Positions 8,166 to 16,860 of a stretch of 42,305 nucleotides of DNA are shown piece by piece. The notes beneath the pieces are model-generated. The model saw only the letters and a list, made by a program, of their open reading frames with translations, was not told the origin of the DNA and ran no database searches. Made by a program: the position numbers and the translations under genes. How positions within the stretch are numbered: the stretch's first letter is position 1; the number at the start of each line of letters is the position of its first letter. The stretch covers positions 1 to 42,305 of the forward strand of contig JBAZEU010000004.1 of the NCBI GenBank assembly GCA_041653755.1, in the 5' to 3' direction. This DNA is from Minisyncoccota bacterium. GTDB taxonomy: Bacteria; Patescibacteriota; Minisyncoccia; UBA6257; UBA9933.

Positions 8166-9260
8166 CTACAAAGCAAACTGATAGAGTTTGTTATCGTAGC
8201 GATTAATAAATATCAAAGAATTTCCAACTTTTGTTAACCTAGAAATATCTATGGGCGCATCAGCGCTCGTGGCGAAAATTTCTTCTGGCTCGTTAGCGCC
8301 ATTAATATCAATCTTATAAATAGAATCATTAAAGTAAACGGCTTTCTTTAAATAGTCATCTGGTAGGTTGATGGCGCCTATTGGCAGGCTTTGGCTGGTT
8401 GCGATAGCGCAATAGAGCAAAGAATCGGCAATGGCGCATTTATCTGGAAGAGTATAGAAATTTAGCGTTGTCTCTTGGCTGTTTTTATCAATTAAAGACA
8501 TTGCTAATTTCTGTTGGTTAGCGGCTAATTTAATTCCTTGGTTTTTATTTTTTTGCCAGTTTATCATTAAGCCGTCTCCCGAAGAAAACAATTTTGCTGA
8601 TTTATCTTTTAAGTTGATTATCCATGCTTCTCCTTTTGTTTGGCTCGATGGTTGTGGGAGTAAAAGCACATTGTCTTTATCTATCCATGAGAGGTCAAAA
8701 TCCTTTTGCGCTAAAGACATAACCGTTGTTGTCTTTTGTTTTGCTTTTGTCGCAAGGTCTTTAATAACCAGATTGCTATTTCCTGACTTAGTGTTGACTA
8801 GGTAAATTATTTTTTGTTCAATTGGTGACCAGTCAGCTGCGGTTATTCCGAGATCTAACGGTTGCCAAACTTTTCTGGAGAGATCGAAGATGTTAAAAGT
8901 AGACGAGGAGAAACTGCCGGATTTTATTAATATCTTTGAGCCATCGCTAGATGCTTTTATTGATTGGAGATTATTGATCGTTTGGCCGCTGATTTCTTCG
9001 TTTTGCTCGCCAGCTTTGAATATTTTTCCATCCAAAGCAATATAAGATATTTCGGTTGTGGTTGTTGAGGTGTTTGCCCAGTAACCAAAAACTTCTTTAT
9101 CGCTTATAGGATTAATTTTTTCTTTTAATAATTCTTCGGCAGTGGGCGAAGGCGTTTTGGTTGGATTCAAATATGGCTTGGCTTTTTGCCAGCCAAAATA
9201 AACTCCAACTCCAAGAGCTAAGAAAGCGACTATTATTATGATGGGCGTTATTTTTCTCAT
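8166..9260 (-). CDS. Membrane-anchored hypothetical protein, possibly beta-propeller-like (last gene of T4SS-like locus)
   Basis: Track ORF 8166-9293. The internal ATG at 9260 gives MRKITPIIIIVAFLALGVGVYFGW (N-terminal TM) and removes a 22-nt overlap with the upstream gene. The remainder is beta-rich and repetitive; no specific family recognised. Confidence 0.6.
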   Translation of the reverse strand: MRKITPIIIIVAFLALGVGVYFGWQKAKPYLNPTKTPSPTAEELLKEKINPISDKEVFGYWANTSTTTTEISYIALDGKIFKAGEQNEEISGQTINNLQSIKASSDGSKILIKSGSFSSSTFNIFDLSRKVWQPLDLGITAADWSPIEQKIIYLVNTKSGNSNLVIKDLATKAKQKTTTVMSLAQKDFDLSWIDKDNVLLLPQPSSQTKGEAWIINLKDKSAKLFSSGDGLMINWQKNKNQGIKLAANQQKLAMSLIDKNSQETTLNFYTLPDKCAIADSLLYCAIATSQSLPIGAINLPDDYLKKAVYFNDSIYKIDINGANEPEEIFATSADAPIDISRLTKVGNSLIFINRYDNKLYQFAL

Positions 9261-9271
9261 AAAAATTTGTT

Positions 9272-10156
9272 TTAAGGTATGACTACGTCCCAATGGAATC
9301 CTCCATTTGTTTGCGACTCCAAATTATATATCGCTCCCGAAGAACAGCGGTAGCGCTCTTTATAGACAGAGCTTGTCCCAGATAACTTAGCACAATTGTT
9401 TAAGATATATGTCGAAAGGTCAGACCCGGCAGTAGCGGGCTGTAGGTCTACTTTATAGCCGTTAGCGTGGCTGTATACGCCTTGTGCATGTCCGGTTTGC
9501 TCACATCCTCCAGTTAGCGTGATCGGACAATCTTGCGTTCCATGGTGGATAGCGTTTTGACAGTGTTTAGCTAAGTCGCCTAATTCGTTTATTGTGTTTT
9601 GTCTTAAGCAGCTGACCTTAGTGCAACCGGGGCAGGATTCCCAAACAGTAATTCCCCATGAAGCTAATTTACTGCGAATCTGTTGCTCGGTGAGAGAAGT
9701 AGCGGGGTTGGTGGTATCAATTAATTCTCCTGTGGAGGAGGCGGTAATAATAGTACCGAAAGAAGGTTCTTCTAGTTTAATTAAATCCGGGTTAATAGTA
9801 TTTAAGATTAAAAATGCTGCTAAGAGCAGAATTACCCCCCAAAGAGCTTGTGTAATTCTATCTCTGGCATCTTTCTGACGAGTCGGATCGCCAGCTGACA
9901 TTGAATATTGAATACCGCCGAAAACAATTATTCCTAAAGCCAAGACACCGACTAGGCCTAATGTGATTAGATAAATTTGCTTTATCAGGGCGCCAAGGCC
10001 AGTTGCATTGGACCATGGGAAGCTGAAAGTTTGTCCTACAGAAGTTTGACCAGTGGTTTGTTCGGCCGCTTTTACAGAAATGAAACAAACCAAAGATAAT
10101 AAGGATAAGAAGATTATACTTAAAATAAAAATATTTTTTGTCTTTTTGAAGTTCAT
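9272..10156 (-). CDS. VirB2/TrbC-like 'T4SS pilin' domain fused to a Cys-rich putative LAS/M15-type peptidoglycan peptidase domain
   Basis: Signal peptide plus two TM helices flanking the motif FGGIQYSMSAGDPTRQKDARDRI, shared with the three pilins at 34.5-35.8 kb. C-terminal half has TGGCEQTGHAQGVYSHANGYKVD (SxHxxGxAxD-like spacing) and GGFHWDV (terminal His). Confidence 0.55.
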   Translation of the reverse strand: MNFKKTKNIFILSIIFLSLLSLVCFISVKAAEQTTGQTSVGQTFSFPWSNATGLGALIKQIYLITLGLVGVLALGIIVFGGIQYSMSAGDPTRQKDARDRITQALWGVILLLAAFLILNTINPDLIKLEEPSFGTIITASSTGELIDTTNPATSLTEQQIRSKLASWGITVWESCPGCTKVSCLRQNTINELGDLAKHCQNAIHHGTQDCPITLTGGCEQTGHAQGVYSHANGYKVDLQPATAGSDLSTYILNNCAKLSGTSSVYKERYRCSSGAIYNLESQTNGGFHWDVVIP

Positions 10157-10177
10157 TTTATATATAATTAATAAATT

Positions 10178-10882
10178 CTATTGAACTGTTAATTTTAAAT
10201 TTTTTGCGGCTGATTCAATGCTTTGCAGAGTGTTTGAAATAGATGCGCTGATATTAAGAGTCAACCCGCTCGGCGTGGAGGTGCCTACGTTAAGATTTAA
10301 AATATCTGGGCCTGTTTCGTTTTCTTCGAGAGAAGCGGCTTGGTTGTTCACGGCCCAGCCAAAAGAAAAGTCATTCAAAGATAGCGCATTAAAGAAAAAC
10401 GGGAGAGCTTCAAGATGATAGCTGCCGCCTATCTTTACTTTTTGTGTTAAATAAGGGGAATTGATTATTGCTTCGGGATTTTTAACGGGGATATAAATAA
10501 ATTTATTCAATTCTTCCCCTTTATAGTTAACGACAGCAATCCGTATTGAGATATTTGTGCCAGCCTGATTCTTTGGAATAAACCTAATATTTTTTAGCCC
10601 AGTTCCCTTGGTGAAGAGTGAATCGTTAATATACCAACGAATTTCTTTTGCGGAAATATTTGCTATTTGATTATTGTCGATTAGCTCGAAAGACACGTCT
10701 ATGGGGGTTGAATAAATTGGGAATGCTTTACCCTGATACCAGTCGGGGGTATAGCTATAGGCTTTCCAAGAGGATAAAAACTGAGGCGTGGAAGTAGCGT
10801 TGACAGAATCAAAAATTAGGAAAGAGAAAAGGATGAGCATCAGACAAAGCGTAAAATTGAGTTTTAAATTATTATTTTTCAT
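10178..10882 (-). CDS. Secreted hypothetical protein (beta-sandwich-like)
   Basis: N-terminal signal-like hydrophobic segment (LCLMLILFSFLIFDSVNA), beta-rich. ATGA overlap with the upstream gene. Confidence 0.6.
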   Translation of the reverse strand: MKNNNLKLNFTLCLMLILFSFLIFDSVNATSTPQFLSSWKAYSYTPDWYQGKAFPIYSTPIDVSFELIDNNQIANISAKEIRWYINDSLFTKGTGLKNIRFIPKNQAGTNISIRIAVVNYKGEELNKFIYIPVKNPEAIINSPYLTQKVKIGGSYHLEALPFFFNALSLNDFSFGWAVNNQAASLEENETGPDILNLNVGTSTPSGLTLNISASISNTLQSIESAAKNLKLTVQ

Positions 10883-11334
10883 TTTTTGGAGTTATTAGGC
10901 ATGGTCATTTGAGCTACTCTTGCTGCGGTTTGAACGATCTTTGCTTGGGGAATAGGAATTAATGATGTTGCCACTTCAGTTGCTTTTAGCGCTGTTTTAA
11001 CTATTCGTGGATGATTCATCACGAAAATGACTATGAACAAACAAAAGGTTCGCATCGGGAGAATATTAATGACTGGGATAAATTTCAGCAAGTTGGCGAC
11101 AATCAATAAAGTGCCCCAAAGCCCACCGATCCTTCTTATTATAAGCCACGTAACTATTACAAGCAAAACAATTATAGCGAGTATCAACTCTAAGGCCAAA
11201 AAAACAGGCATAAGAGCAATTGTTGTCGAGAGTAGATTTGCTACAATGTCAAAAAAGTCAGCTCCACCACAAATCAAAACCATTATGATTGTTTCTGGTA
11301 ATGAAATTTTTTGTTGGTTTTGATTTTCCTCCAT
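10879..11334 (-). CDS. Small polytopic membrane protein (about 4 TM), T4SS-locus component
   Basis: Start taken at ATG 11334 (MEENQNQQKISLPET...), 4 nt after the virB4 stop. The track ORF extends to 11406 inside virB4. Four hydrophobic helices. Confidence 0.6.
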   Translation of the reverse strand: MEENQNQQKISLPETIIMVLICGGADFFDIVANLLSTTIALMPVFLALELILAIIVLLVIVTWLIIRRIGGLWGTLLIVANLLKFIPVINILPMRTFCLFIVIFVMNHPRIVKTALKATEVATSLIPIPQAKIVQTAARVAQMTMPNNSKK

Positions 11335-11338
11335 ATTT

Positions 11339-13093
11339 TTATATTTGTTTTTCTTCCCGCTGCTCCAATAATTGAGCCGGACTAGTGGTAATAATCTGGT
11401 CTTCAAAATAAGAAGCGATTACCTGGATAGCGACATGCTTTAAGCCGGCGAAGAATAATCCTTCTCCAATCGCTGCCTCAAGGAGTAATGATTTTTCCGC
11501 TTCGGTTAGATTAAAAGTTTTTTGGACCAGATCAATTGTTGCCGGTGATTGTTTGAGGAGTAGAGCCAAAGTGGAGTTGGTGATAATTGGTTTGCCATAA
11601 GGCGAGCTTAAGAAATCTTCTACATCTTGAGTGATAGTAGTCACGCCCAAGAAATATTTTCTGGCTCTCTTTACCAAAGAGAATAAGAATGATGCGCTGT
11701 CCGGATATTTCATCATCCACCATGCTTCATCAATCACTAAAATTCTTTGTTTCAACTCGACCCGGATCAAGTTCCAGATGAAATTTAAAACAACATACAT
11801 TGCGATCGGTCGAAGCTCGTCTTCGAGATCTCTGATCGAGAAAACAACTAAGCGGTTGTTGACGTCGACAGAAGTGGGTTTGTTGGCAAAGCCGGCATAA
11901 CTGCCTTTAGTGAATTTATATAATCTTTCAGCTAATCCCCGACCGCCCTCCATGCTTTGCAATATGGTTTGAAAATCTTCCAGAAGCGGCGGAGGAATTT
12001 TAGCGAAGTCCTCTCTCTCCGGAGTTATATTGCGGGAAGTGTATGTTTCAGAAAGCGCTCGATCTAATAAGGCCTCTTCTTCGGCAGTCATTTCGCCAAG
12101 CATCAATTTTAACAAGCCAGTTAAGTTTACGATGTGCGATCTGAATCCTTCTGTCGGCGATTCGCCTTGCGGAACTGGCGGGATATCAAAAGGATTAATG
12201 GAATTTTTAGAGGTTAAAGAGATATTGATAAAGCTTCCGCCAACCGCTTCGGCTAGCTTTTGATATTCGTTCTCCGGATCGATTACTAAGACATCAACCC
12301 CAAGCATCAAAGACCTTAGGATTTCAAGCTTGGTGGCGTAGGATTTACCGGCGCCAGCCATAGCGAATACAACCTTATTAGCATTTTCTAAAGAGAACCT
12401 GTCAAAAATTATTAAGCTGTTATTTTGACGATTAATACCATGGAGCACTCCTTCGTCAGAAGTTAAATCAGTTGAAATAAACGGGAAGAACGAAGAGGTC
12501 GGGCCGGAATTAAGCGGAGTATGTATTAATAATTTATCTTGAGCCAAAGGCAGAGTTGATTGGTATCCTTCGAGCTGTTGGAAGAGAGCTGGCTTCACGT
12601 AGACCAAATGTTCTTCAAAAAGCGAAGTGATTTTATTCTCAAGCTTTGTTAGTTCTTCTAACGTGCTTGCGTACATGGTCAGATAAATACCGACATTGAA
12701 CAATCGTTCTTGGGCCTGTTGAAGAGTGTCGCGTAGTCCTTCAACGTCCTGGAAAGCGGTTTCAAGCAGCGGGTCTCTCACCAATCCTTTTTCATCTCGT
12801 TCCATCAATTGAGCTTGAATTTGAGTAGCCTTTTTTCGGAGGTTCCTTAGGGCCAACGAGGTGTCAACCGGATGAACGAAAATTGAAACATCCATCAAAT
12901 TCGGGAAATTGATAATCGAATTAAACCAGCCAACCGAAAGGTAGCGAGGATAAGTAAAGACGAAAACGCTTTTGATAAAGAAATCGCCAGTTCTTAAATA
13001 TCCCGGGCTGACTTCAAGCGCGGCTGGAGCAATAACGTCTTTTACGTCTTTAGATGAAGCGGTATAGGTTTGTGGTATTTTTATTTTGTTCAT
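11339..13093 (-). CDS. virB4: VirB4/TrbE-family type IV secretion ATPase (C-terminal 584-aa portion)
   Basis: Walker A FAMAGAGKSYATK and Walker B ILVIDEAWWMM. N-terminal region IAPAALEVSPGYLRTGDFFIKSVFVFTYPRYLSVGW is typical of Gram-positive-type VirB4. Confidence 0.85.
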   Translation of the reverse strand: MNKIKIPQTYTASSKDVKDVIAPAALEVSPGYLRTGDFFIKSVFVFTYPRYLSVGWFNSIINFPNLMDVSIFVHPVDTSLALRNLRKKATQIQAQLMERDEKGLVRDPLLETAFQDVEGLRDTLQQAQERLFNVGIYLTMYASTLEELTKLENKITSLFEEHLVYVKPALFQQLEGYQSTLPLAQDKLLIHTPLNSGPTSSFFPFISTDLTSDEGVLHGINRQNNSLIIFDRFSLENANKVVFAMAGAGKSYATKLEILRSLMLGVDVLVIDPENEYQKLAEAVGGSFINISLTSKNSINPFDIPPVPQGESPTEGFRSHIVNLTGLLKLMLGEMTAEEEALLDRALSETYTSRNITPEREDFAKIPPPLLEDFQTILQSMEGGRGLAERLYKFTKGSYAGFANKPTSVDVNNRLVVFSIRDLEDELRPIAMYVVLNFIWNLIRVELKQRILVIDEAWWMMKYPDSASFLFSLVKRARKYFLGVTTITQDVEDFLSSPYGKPIITNSTLALLLKQSPATIDLVQKTFNLTEAEKSLLLEAAIGEGLFFAGLKHVAIQVIASYFEDQIITTSPAQLLEQREEKQI

Positions 13094-13108
13094 AGAATAT
13101 GAAATATT

Positions 13109-13768
13109 TTATCCATTCGTTTCTTTCGCAATTTCCAGACCTTTTTTCTTCGCCGAAGGATTATAAAGGTTATAGAAAAGCTCGATCAGTTCTTCGTCGT
13201 TCAACGGGACAGCGCGTAAACCGATTTGCGCCAAACCTTGAAGTGTTTGATCAGTTCGCTGATCAAGCTGGCGAATTTTTTCTTCTAGTGTTTGATTAAT
13301 TGGTTGATTTTGACTGACCATTTGTCCGCCGCTCTTTAAAAGCTGGAAAGCTTTTTGTCCGCCCTTGGGTATTTGGGAAATATCATAGGGAATAATGACA
13401 AAAAAAGTTTTTGTCATTATTTCGTTTTCGGCGACGAAAGAATTAATAAATTGGCGATATTCGCTGATTTGGTTTTTTAAGAGCTCGTTAGTTTCTATTT
13501 CTTCTTTCTCCGCTAGTTTTTCGAGATACGATTCGATGTTCAGCTTTCGGGAATGAATAATTATCTGAGTCGAAAAATCTAAGGAATTTAAAAAGTTTTG
13601 ATAAGCAAAAATAATCGAGCTTTGTTCTTCCTCCGATTTGAGATCAAAATTAAGACCAGCCACCATCAATACCCGGCGTAAACCGCCATTCTTTAAAATT
13701 ACAACGCCGTCTTTAATCTCTTCGATATCGACAAATTGTTGCGTAGATTTTGAAATTTGTTTAGGCAT
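13109..13768 (-). CDS. VirB4 N-terminal-domain-like protein (219 aa), in frame with downstream virB4
   Basis: FVDIEEIKDGVVILKNGGLRRVLMVAGLNFDLKSEEEQSSIIFAYQNFLNSL resembles the extreme N-terminus of ~800-aa Gram-positive VirB4 ATPases (recalled pattern, not searched). Ends TAA at 13109-13111, in the same frame as ATG 13093. Confidence 0.5.
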   Translation of the reverse strand: MPKQISKSTQQFVDIEEIKDGVVILKNGGLRRVLMVAGLNFDLKSEEEQSSIIFAYQNFLNSLDFSTQIIIHSRKLNIESYLEKLAEKEEIETNELLKNQISEYRQFINSFVAENEIMTKTFFVIIPYDISQIPKGGQKAFQLLKSGGQMVSQNQPINQTLEEKIRQLDQRTDQTLQGLAQIGLRAVPLNDEELIELFYNLYNPSAKKKGLEIAKETNG

Positions 13769-13774
13769 ATGTTT

Positions 13775-14311
13775 TTATCGATAGTCCACTCTCCTGGCGG
13801 CTTCTTTTTGGCCGGAAAGTTTTCTGAATAATTCGAATCTTTCGGTTGATTTGACTGCCGGTGCGATTGTCCTTTCTCTTTTCGGCAGAGGATTTTTGGT
13901 AGTCGCAAGGTCTCGCCAAAGGTTTTTAATGTCTGGCATTTCAGAAAAAAAGTTTTTAAGAGATTCTCTCTTTATAACAACATTTTGCTCTTTGACTTCT
14001 CTGGTTTCTGGCAGAATGATTTCTTTGGTAATTTCTTCTCTTTGCCAGAGATAAAGCCGGGGATTTGTGAAGAAATTTATGGCGGAAACAACAACTTTTA
14101 TCAGCGGTTGGCCGTTAACTTTTATAAAGGCGAAAGCCATGGCAGCAACTATTAAAATCATAGCAATTATAATCCAAAGCCAAAACTTTAAGACGAAGAA
14201 AAGCGCAAAGCATAAAGCGCCGGCAGCGGCAAAAAACAGAAATTGTTTGATGGTTAGCGGCCCTACGATTTTATCCTCTGTCTCGATAAATTGCGGAACT
14301 TGGAATTGCAT
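13775..14311 (-). CDS. PrgI-family (VirB3-like) membrane protein
   Basis: MQFQVPQFIETEDKIVGPLTIKQFLFFAAAGAL followed by two TM helices is the PrgI-family signature. Sits immediately upstream of VirB4, as in Gram-positive T4SS. Confidence 0.65.
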   Translation of the reverse strand: MQFQVPQFIETEDKIVGPLTIKQFLFFAAAGALCFALFFVLKFWLWIIIAMILIVAAMAFAFIKVNGQPLIKVVVSAINFFTNPRLYLWQREEITKEIILPETREVKEQNVVIKRESLKNFFSEMPDIKNLWRDLATTKNPLPKRERTIAPAVKSTERFELFRKLSGQKEAARRVDYR

Positions 14312-15510
14312 TATTTTCGTAAATCAATAATAGTTTCGTCTTTGCCTGCCTGCCGGTAGGCAGGGGTTTTTTCGACCTCGGTTTTTATTTTTACTTTTTG
14401 AAGATCTACTAAGTCGATCATTTCTTCATCTTTTGTGATAGTCGCTACGGTCGGTTCTTTATCTTTTGCTGGTTCAGGTGGTTTAGGCAGGGCAACAACT
14501 GGTGGCAATTGTTGAGGCGGCTTAGGAAGTTCTATTGGGATAACAGTTGGAATAGGTTGTCTTGGCGGCGTGATAGGCGCTTTGGGAACTATCGGTAAAG
14601 TCGTTATTGTTTTAGCTTGCATTGGGGAAAGATTTTTTTCTTCAGGATATGTTTTCGGCGATGGAGGAATTGGTGTGACAGAAATAATTTTCGGCTTAAA
14701 AGATGGAGGCGGCGTTGGAGTGATAGGTTTCTGCCCAACGAACATTTTTGGCCCTCCGTCTGTCTGATCGGTTTGTTTCTGGGGTTCAAATTGAGTGTAA
14801 TGGACTACTTTAAATGTTGGCGCTCCGGTTTTAGCTACGGTTGGTTTTTCTTGCGGTCTTTGCGTTGGTGTCTCAATTTCAGCAATAATTTTTTCTTTGG
14901 AAGCTGTTTCTTTCCTTCTAGAGAAACCAAATAGTCCTCCTAGTGTTGGCTTTCTTTTCTCTGTGGTTATTGGGGTGGCTGACGCAATTGTTTCTGATTT
15001 GAATAAAATTGCCGGACCTTCTTCTGGCGCTGGTGGCATTGATGGTGTTAGTGGCTTCGGTTCCTCTTTTGGTTCTTGGCTTTTCGGTTGTTCGGATGGT
15101 CGTAGGTCTACTGGCGGTATGGAACTTTTCATTTCTTGCCGAGATATCGTTGGCGGAGTGGTTTGCTTTGATTCTTCTGTTGGCGGTAGAGGCGAATAAT
15201 TTTTTTCGATTTCTTCTTTTAACGGAGAGAAAATTCTTTTTCCAATATCTTTTGCAACGTTATCGGCAACCTTATAGTTAAGCCCTGTTATTTCTTGGAT
15301 TTCTTTCGCCATGTCTTCGGAATGTAAAAATCCTAAAAGTACTTCTCCTGTAACCATTGCCACATCGTCAACCCATTCTTTCTTTAGATAGTTGGTCTGG
15401 CAAACAGTATTAATTAGACTATAAATAGCTGTTGAATTCAGAATGTTGCTTATCTTTTCTGGAAGATTCTTAGCTCTTTTAACGATTTCTCCTTCGGGTA
15501 TGAAAAGCAT
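14311..15510 (-). CDS. Proline-rich hypothetical protein (globular ~110-aa N-domain + long P/T/K/E low-complexity region)
   Basis: 399-aa ORF with TAATG 1-nt overlap with the PrgI-like gene. No TM seen. Contains an in-frame GC hairpin near its 3' end. Confidence 0.6.
   Translation of the reverse strand: MLFIPEGEIVKRAKNLPEKISNILNSTAIYSLINTVCQTNYLKKEWVDDVAMVTGEVLLGFLHSEDMAKEIQEITGLNYKVADNVAKDIGKRIFSPLKEEIEKNYSPLPPTEESKQTTPPTISRQEMKSSIPPVDLRPSEQPKSQEPKEEPKPLTPSMPPAPEEGPAILFKSETIASATPITTEKRKPTLGGLFGFSRRKETASKEKIIAEIETPTQRPQEKPTVAKTGAPTFKVVHYTQFEPQKQTDQTDGGPKMFVGQKPITPTPPPSFKPKIISVTPIPPSPKTYPEEKNLSPMQAKTITTLPIVPKAPITPPRQPIPTVIPIELPKPPQQLPPVVALPKPPEPAKDKEPTVATITKDEEMIDLVDLQKVKIKTEVEKTPAYRQAGKDETIIDLRK
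14345..14364. repeat. GC-rich palindrome CCTGCC-TGCCGGTA-GGCAGG inside coding sequence
   Basis: Encodes PAYRQAG in frame, 11 codons before the stop of the proline-rich gene. Sharply GC-rich versus its flanks. Confidence 0.5.
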
Positions 15511-15516
15511 AGGATT

Positions 15517-16860
15517 TTATTTTTTGCCTTTTGGCATAAGATTTTTTATGAACTTTTGTCCTTCTTTCGTTGTGAGATGATAACGCATCCTTTCCGTAAT
15601 GGAGCCCATTAAGGTTGGCGGGGTGCTAATCGGGGACGACCCTCCAAAAGTTGTTGCTCGGCGATAAGCGCCAGTTATCCCTTGGCCGATTGCTCTTGTG
15701 AAGCGATTGTTACCTTGGCTTGCCATCCTGGCGGTTTGGTTTGCTATTGGTCCGGTTGCTCTTGTAGCTCCTCGAGCAGCTAACCTAGACATCCAGAGTG
15801 CAGTTCCTGCCCCAACTCCAATCCCTGCGGCCATGGTTATCCCTAAAATTTTATCTGCACCCTTGATCCCTATCATATTGGCGATTATAAGCCCGCCCAA
15901 TAGTAGACCCGTAAAAATAAAGTAATTCCCAATAGTAGCCCATGGAGAGGCGAAAGCGGACCCGACGTTAGTAAATCCTTGCGCACCTCCTTTATACCCC
16001 GCAGTAAGGGCGAAAGAAATAAAAAGCATCATAACTGGAGCAAAGAAAATCCATCTTAGAAAATGAGTCCACCATTTTTTCCATAGATCTATTGTCGCCG
16101 GGAAAATAGAACAAAGCCAAGCTAACGGCGACAATACGACTAGAATACCAACGACCACATATCTGATAAGCAACATAATAATGATGCCGATCATAGTTAG
16201 TAAAAGAATTACCATACAAACTAGCGAAAAAATCGGGGCAGCTATGCCCGTCGCTACCACATTGCCAGTTTCTTTTATTATCCCAACAAGCGCTCCTTCT
16301 TGTCCTCCTATGTTATTTATCCCAGAGAGATTTAATATTGTATTCCCAATTTCATCTATCTTGGTGTCTCCCAAGATTGCTTTCGTGGCTATATTGGAAA
16401 TGTCGCCGATAGCAGCGCAAATCATTAAGCTGAAATTGACTAAAAGAGCGGCAACGATTAATTTTGTTAAGGTTTTTTTGAAACCATAGTTTTCCATTCT
16501 TAGAATCGTGCCAAAAGCAACGACGATAATAGCCAAAACAAATCCTAAATTAGCGATGTCTCTGGCTTTTTGCCAAGCTCCATATATATAAGAATTACTA
16601 GGGTTGAATATCTCGTTGTTTATGTTAATAGCAAAACCTAAAAATCCTGCAAAAATTTTGGAAATTACCCAGATAATCGGTTTCGCTACAACTGTAATGA
16701 AAATATTAGTTGCGCCTACTAGTGCATTTTTGGTAACTTCTCCCAGCGAAAATAAAGCAGCAGAAGCTTTATGTGGGCTAACAGCGTAAATTATCGTTAT
16801 CCCGAACACCAGGACGATTACGACAAGAAGAAATAAATTTTTGTATTTCTTAGTCATCAT
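15517..16860 (-). CDS. Polytopic membrane protein, VirB6/TrbL-like candidate
   Basis: 447 aa with a signal-like N-terminus and at least 6 hydrophobic helices plus a basic C-terminal tail. Size, topology and position in a VirB4 locus fit VirB6 analogues. No sequence motif verified. Confidence 0.45.
   Translation of the reverse strand: MMTKKYKNLFLLVVIVLVFGITIIYAVSPHKASAALFSLGEVTKNALVGATNIFITVVAKPIIWVISKIFAGFLGFAININNEIFNPSNSYIYGAWQKARDIANLGFVLAIIVVAFGTILRMENYGFKKTLTKLIVAALLVNFSLMICAAIGDISNIATKAILGDTKIDEIGNTILNLSGINNIGGQEGALVGIIKETGNVVATGIAAPIFSLVCMVILLLTMIGIIIMLLIRYVVVGILVVLSPLAWLCSIFPATIDLWKKWWTHFLRWIFFAPVMMLFISFALTAGYKGGAQGFTNVGSAFASPWATIGNYFIFTGLLLGGLIIANMIGIKGADKILGITMAAGIGVGAGTALWMSRLAARGATRATGPIANQTARMASQGNNRFTRAIGQGITGAYRRATTFGGSSPISTPPTLMGSITERMRYHLTTKEGQKFIKNLMPKGKK

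Noticed and set aside
11335-11406. Upstream extension of the 4-TM protein ORF into virB4
   Set aside because: It would overlap virB4 by 68 nt. The ATG at 11334 lies 4 nt after the virB4 stop, consistent with the tight coupling seen elsewhere in the locus.
14570-15281. Plus-strand ORFs (65-105 aa) antisense to the proline-rich gene
   Set aside because: They are translations of the complement of a P/T/K-rich low-complexity gene, which yields G/W/F/R-rich nonsense. They overlap each other and have no starts with regulatory context.
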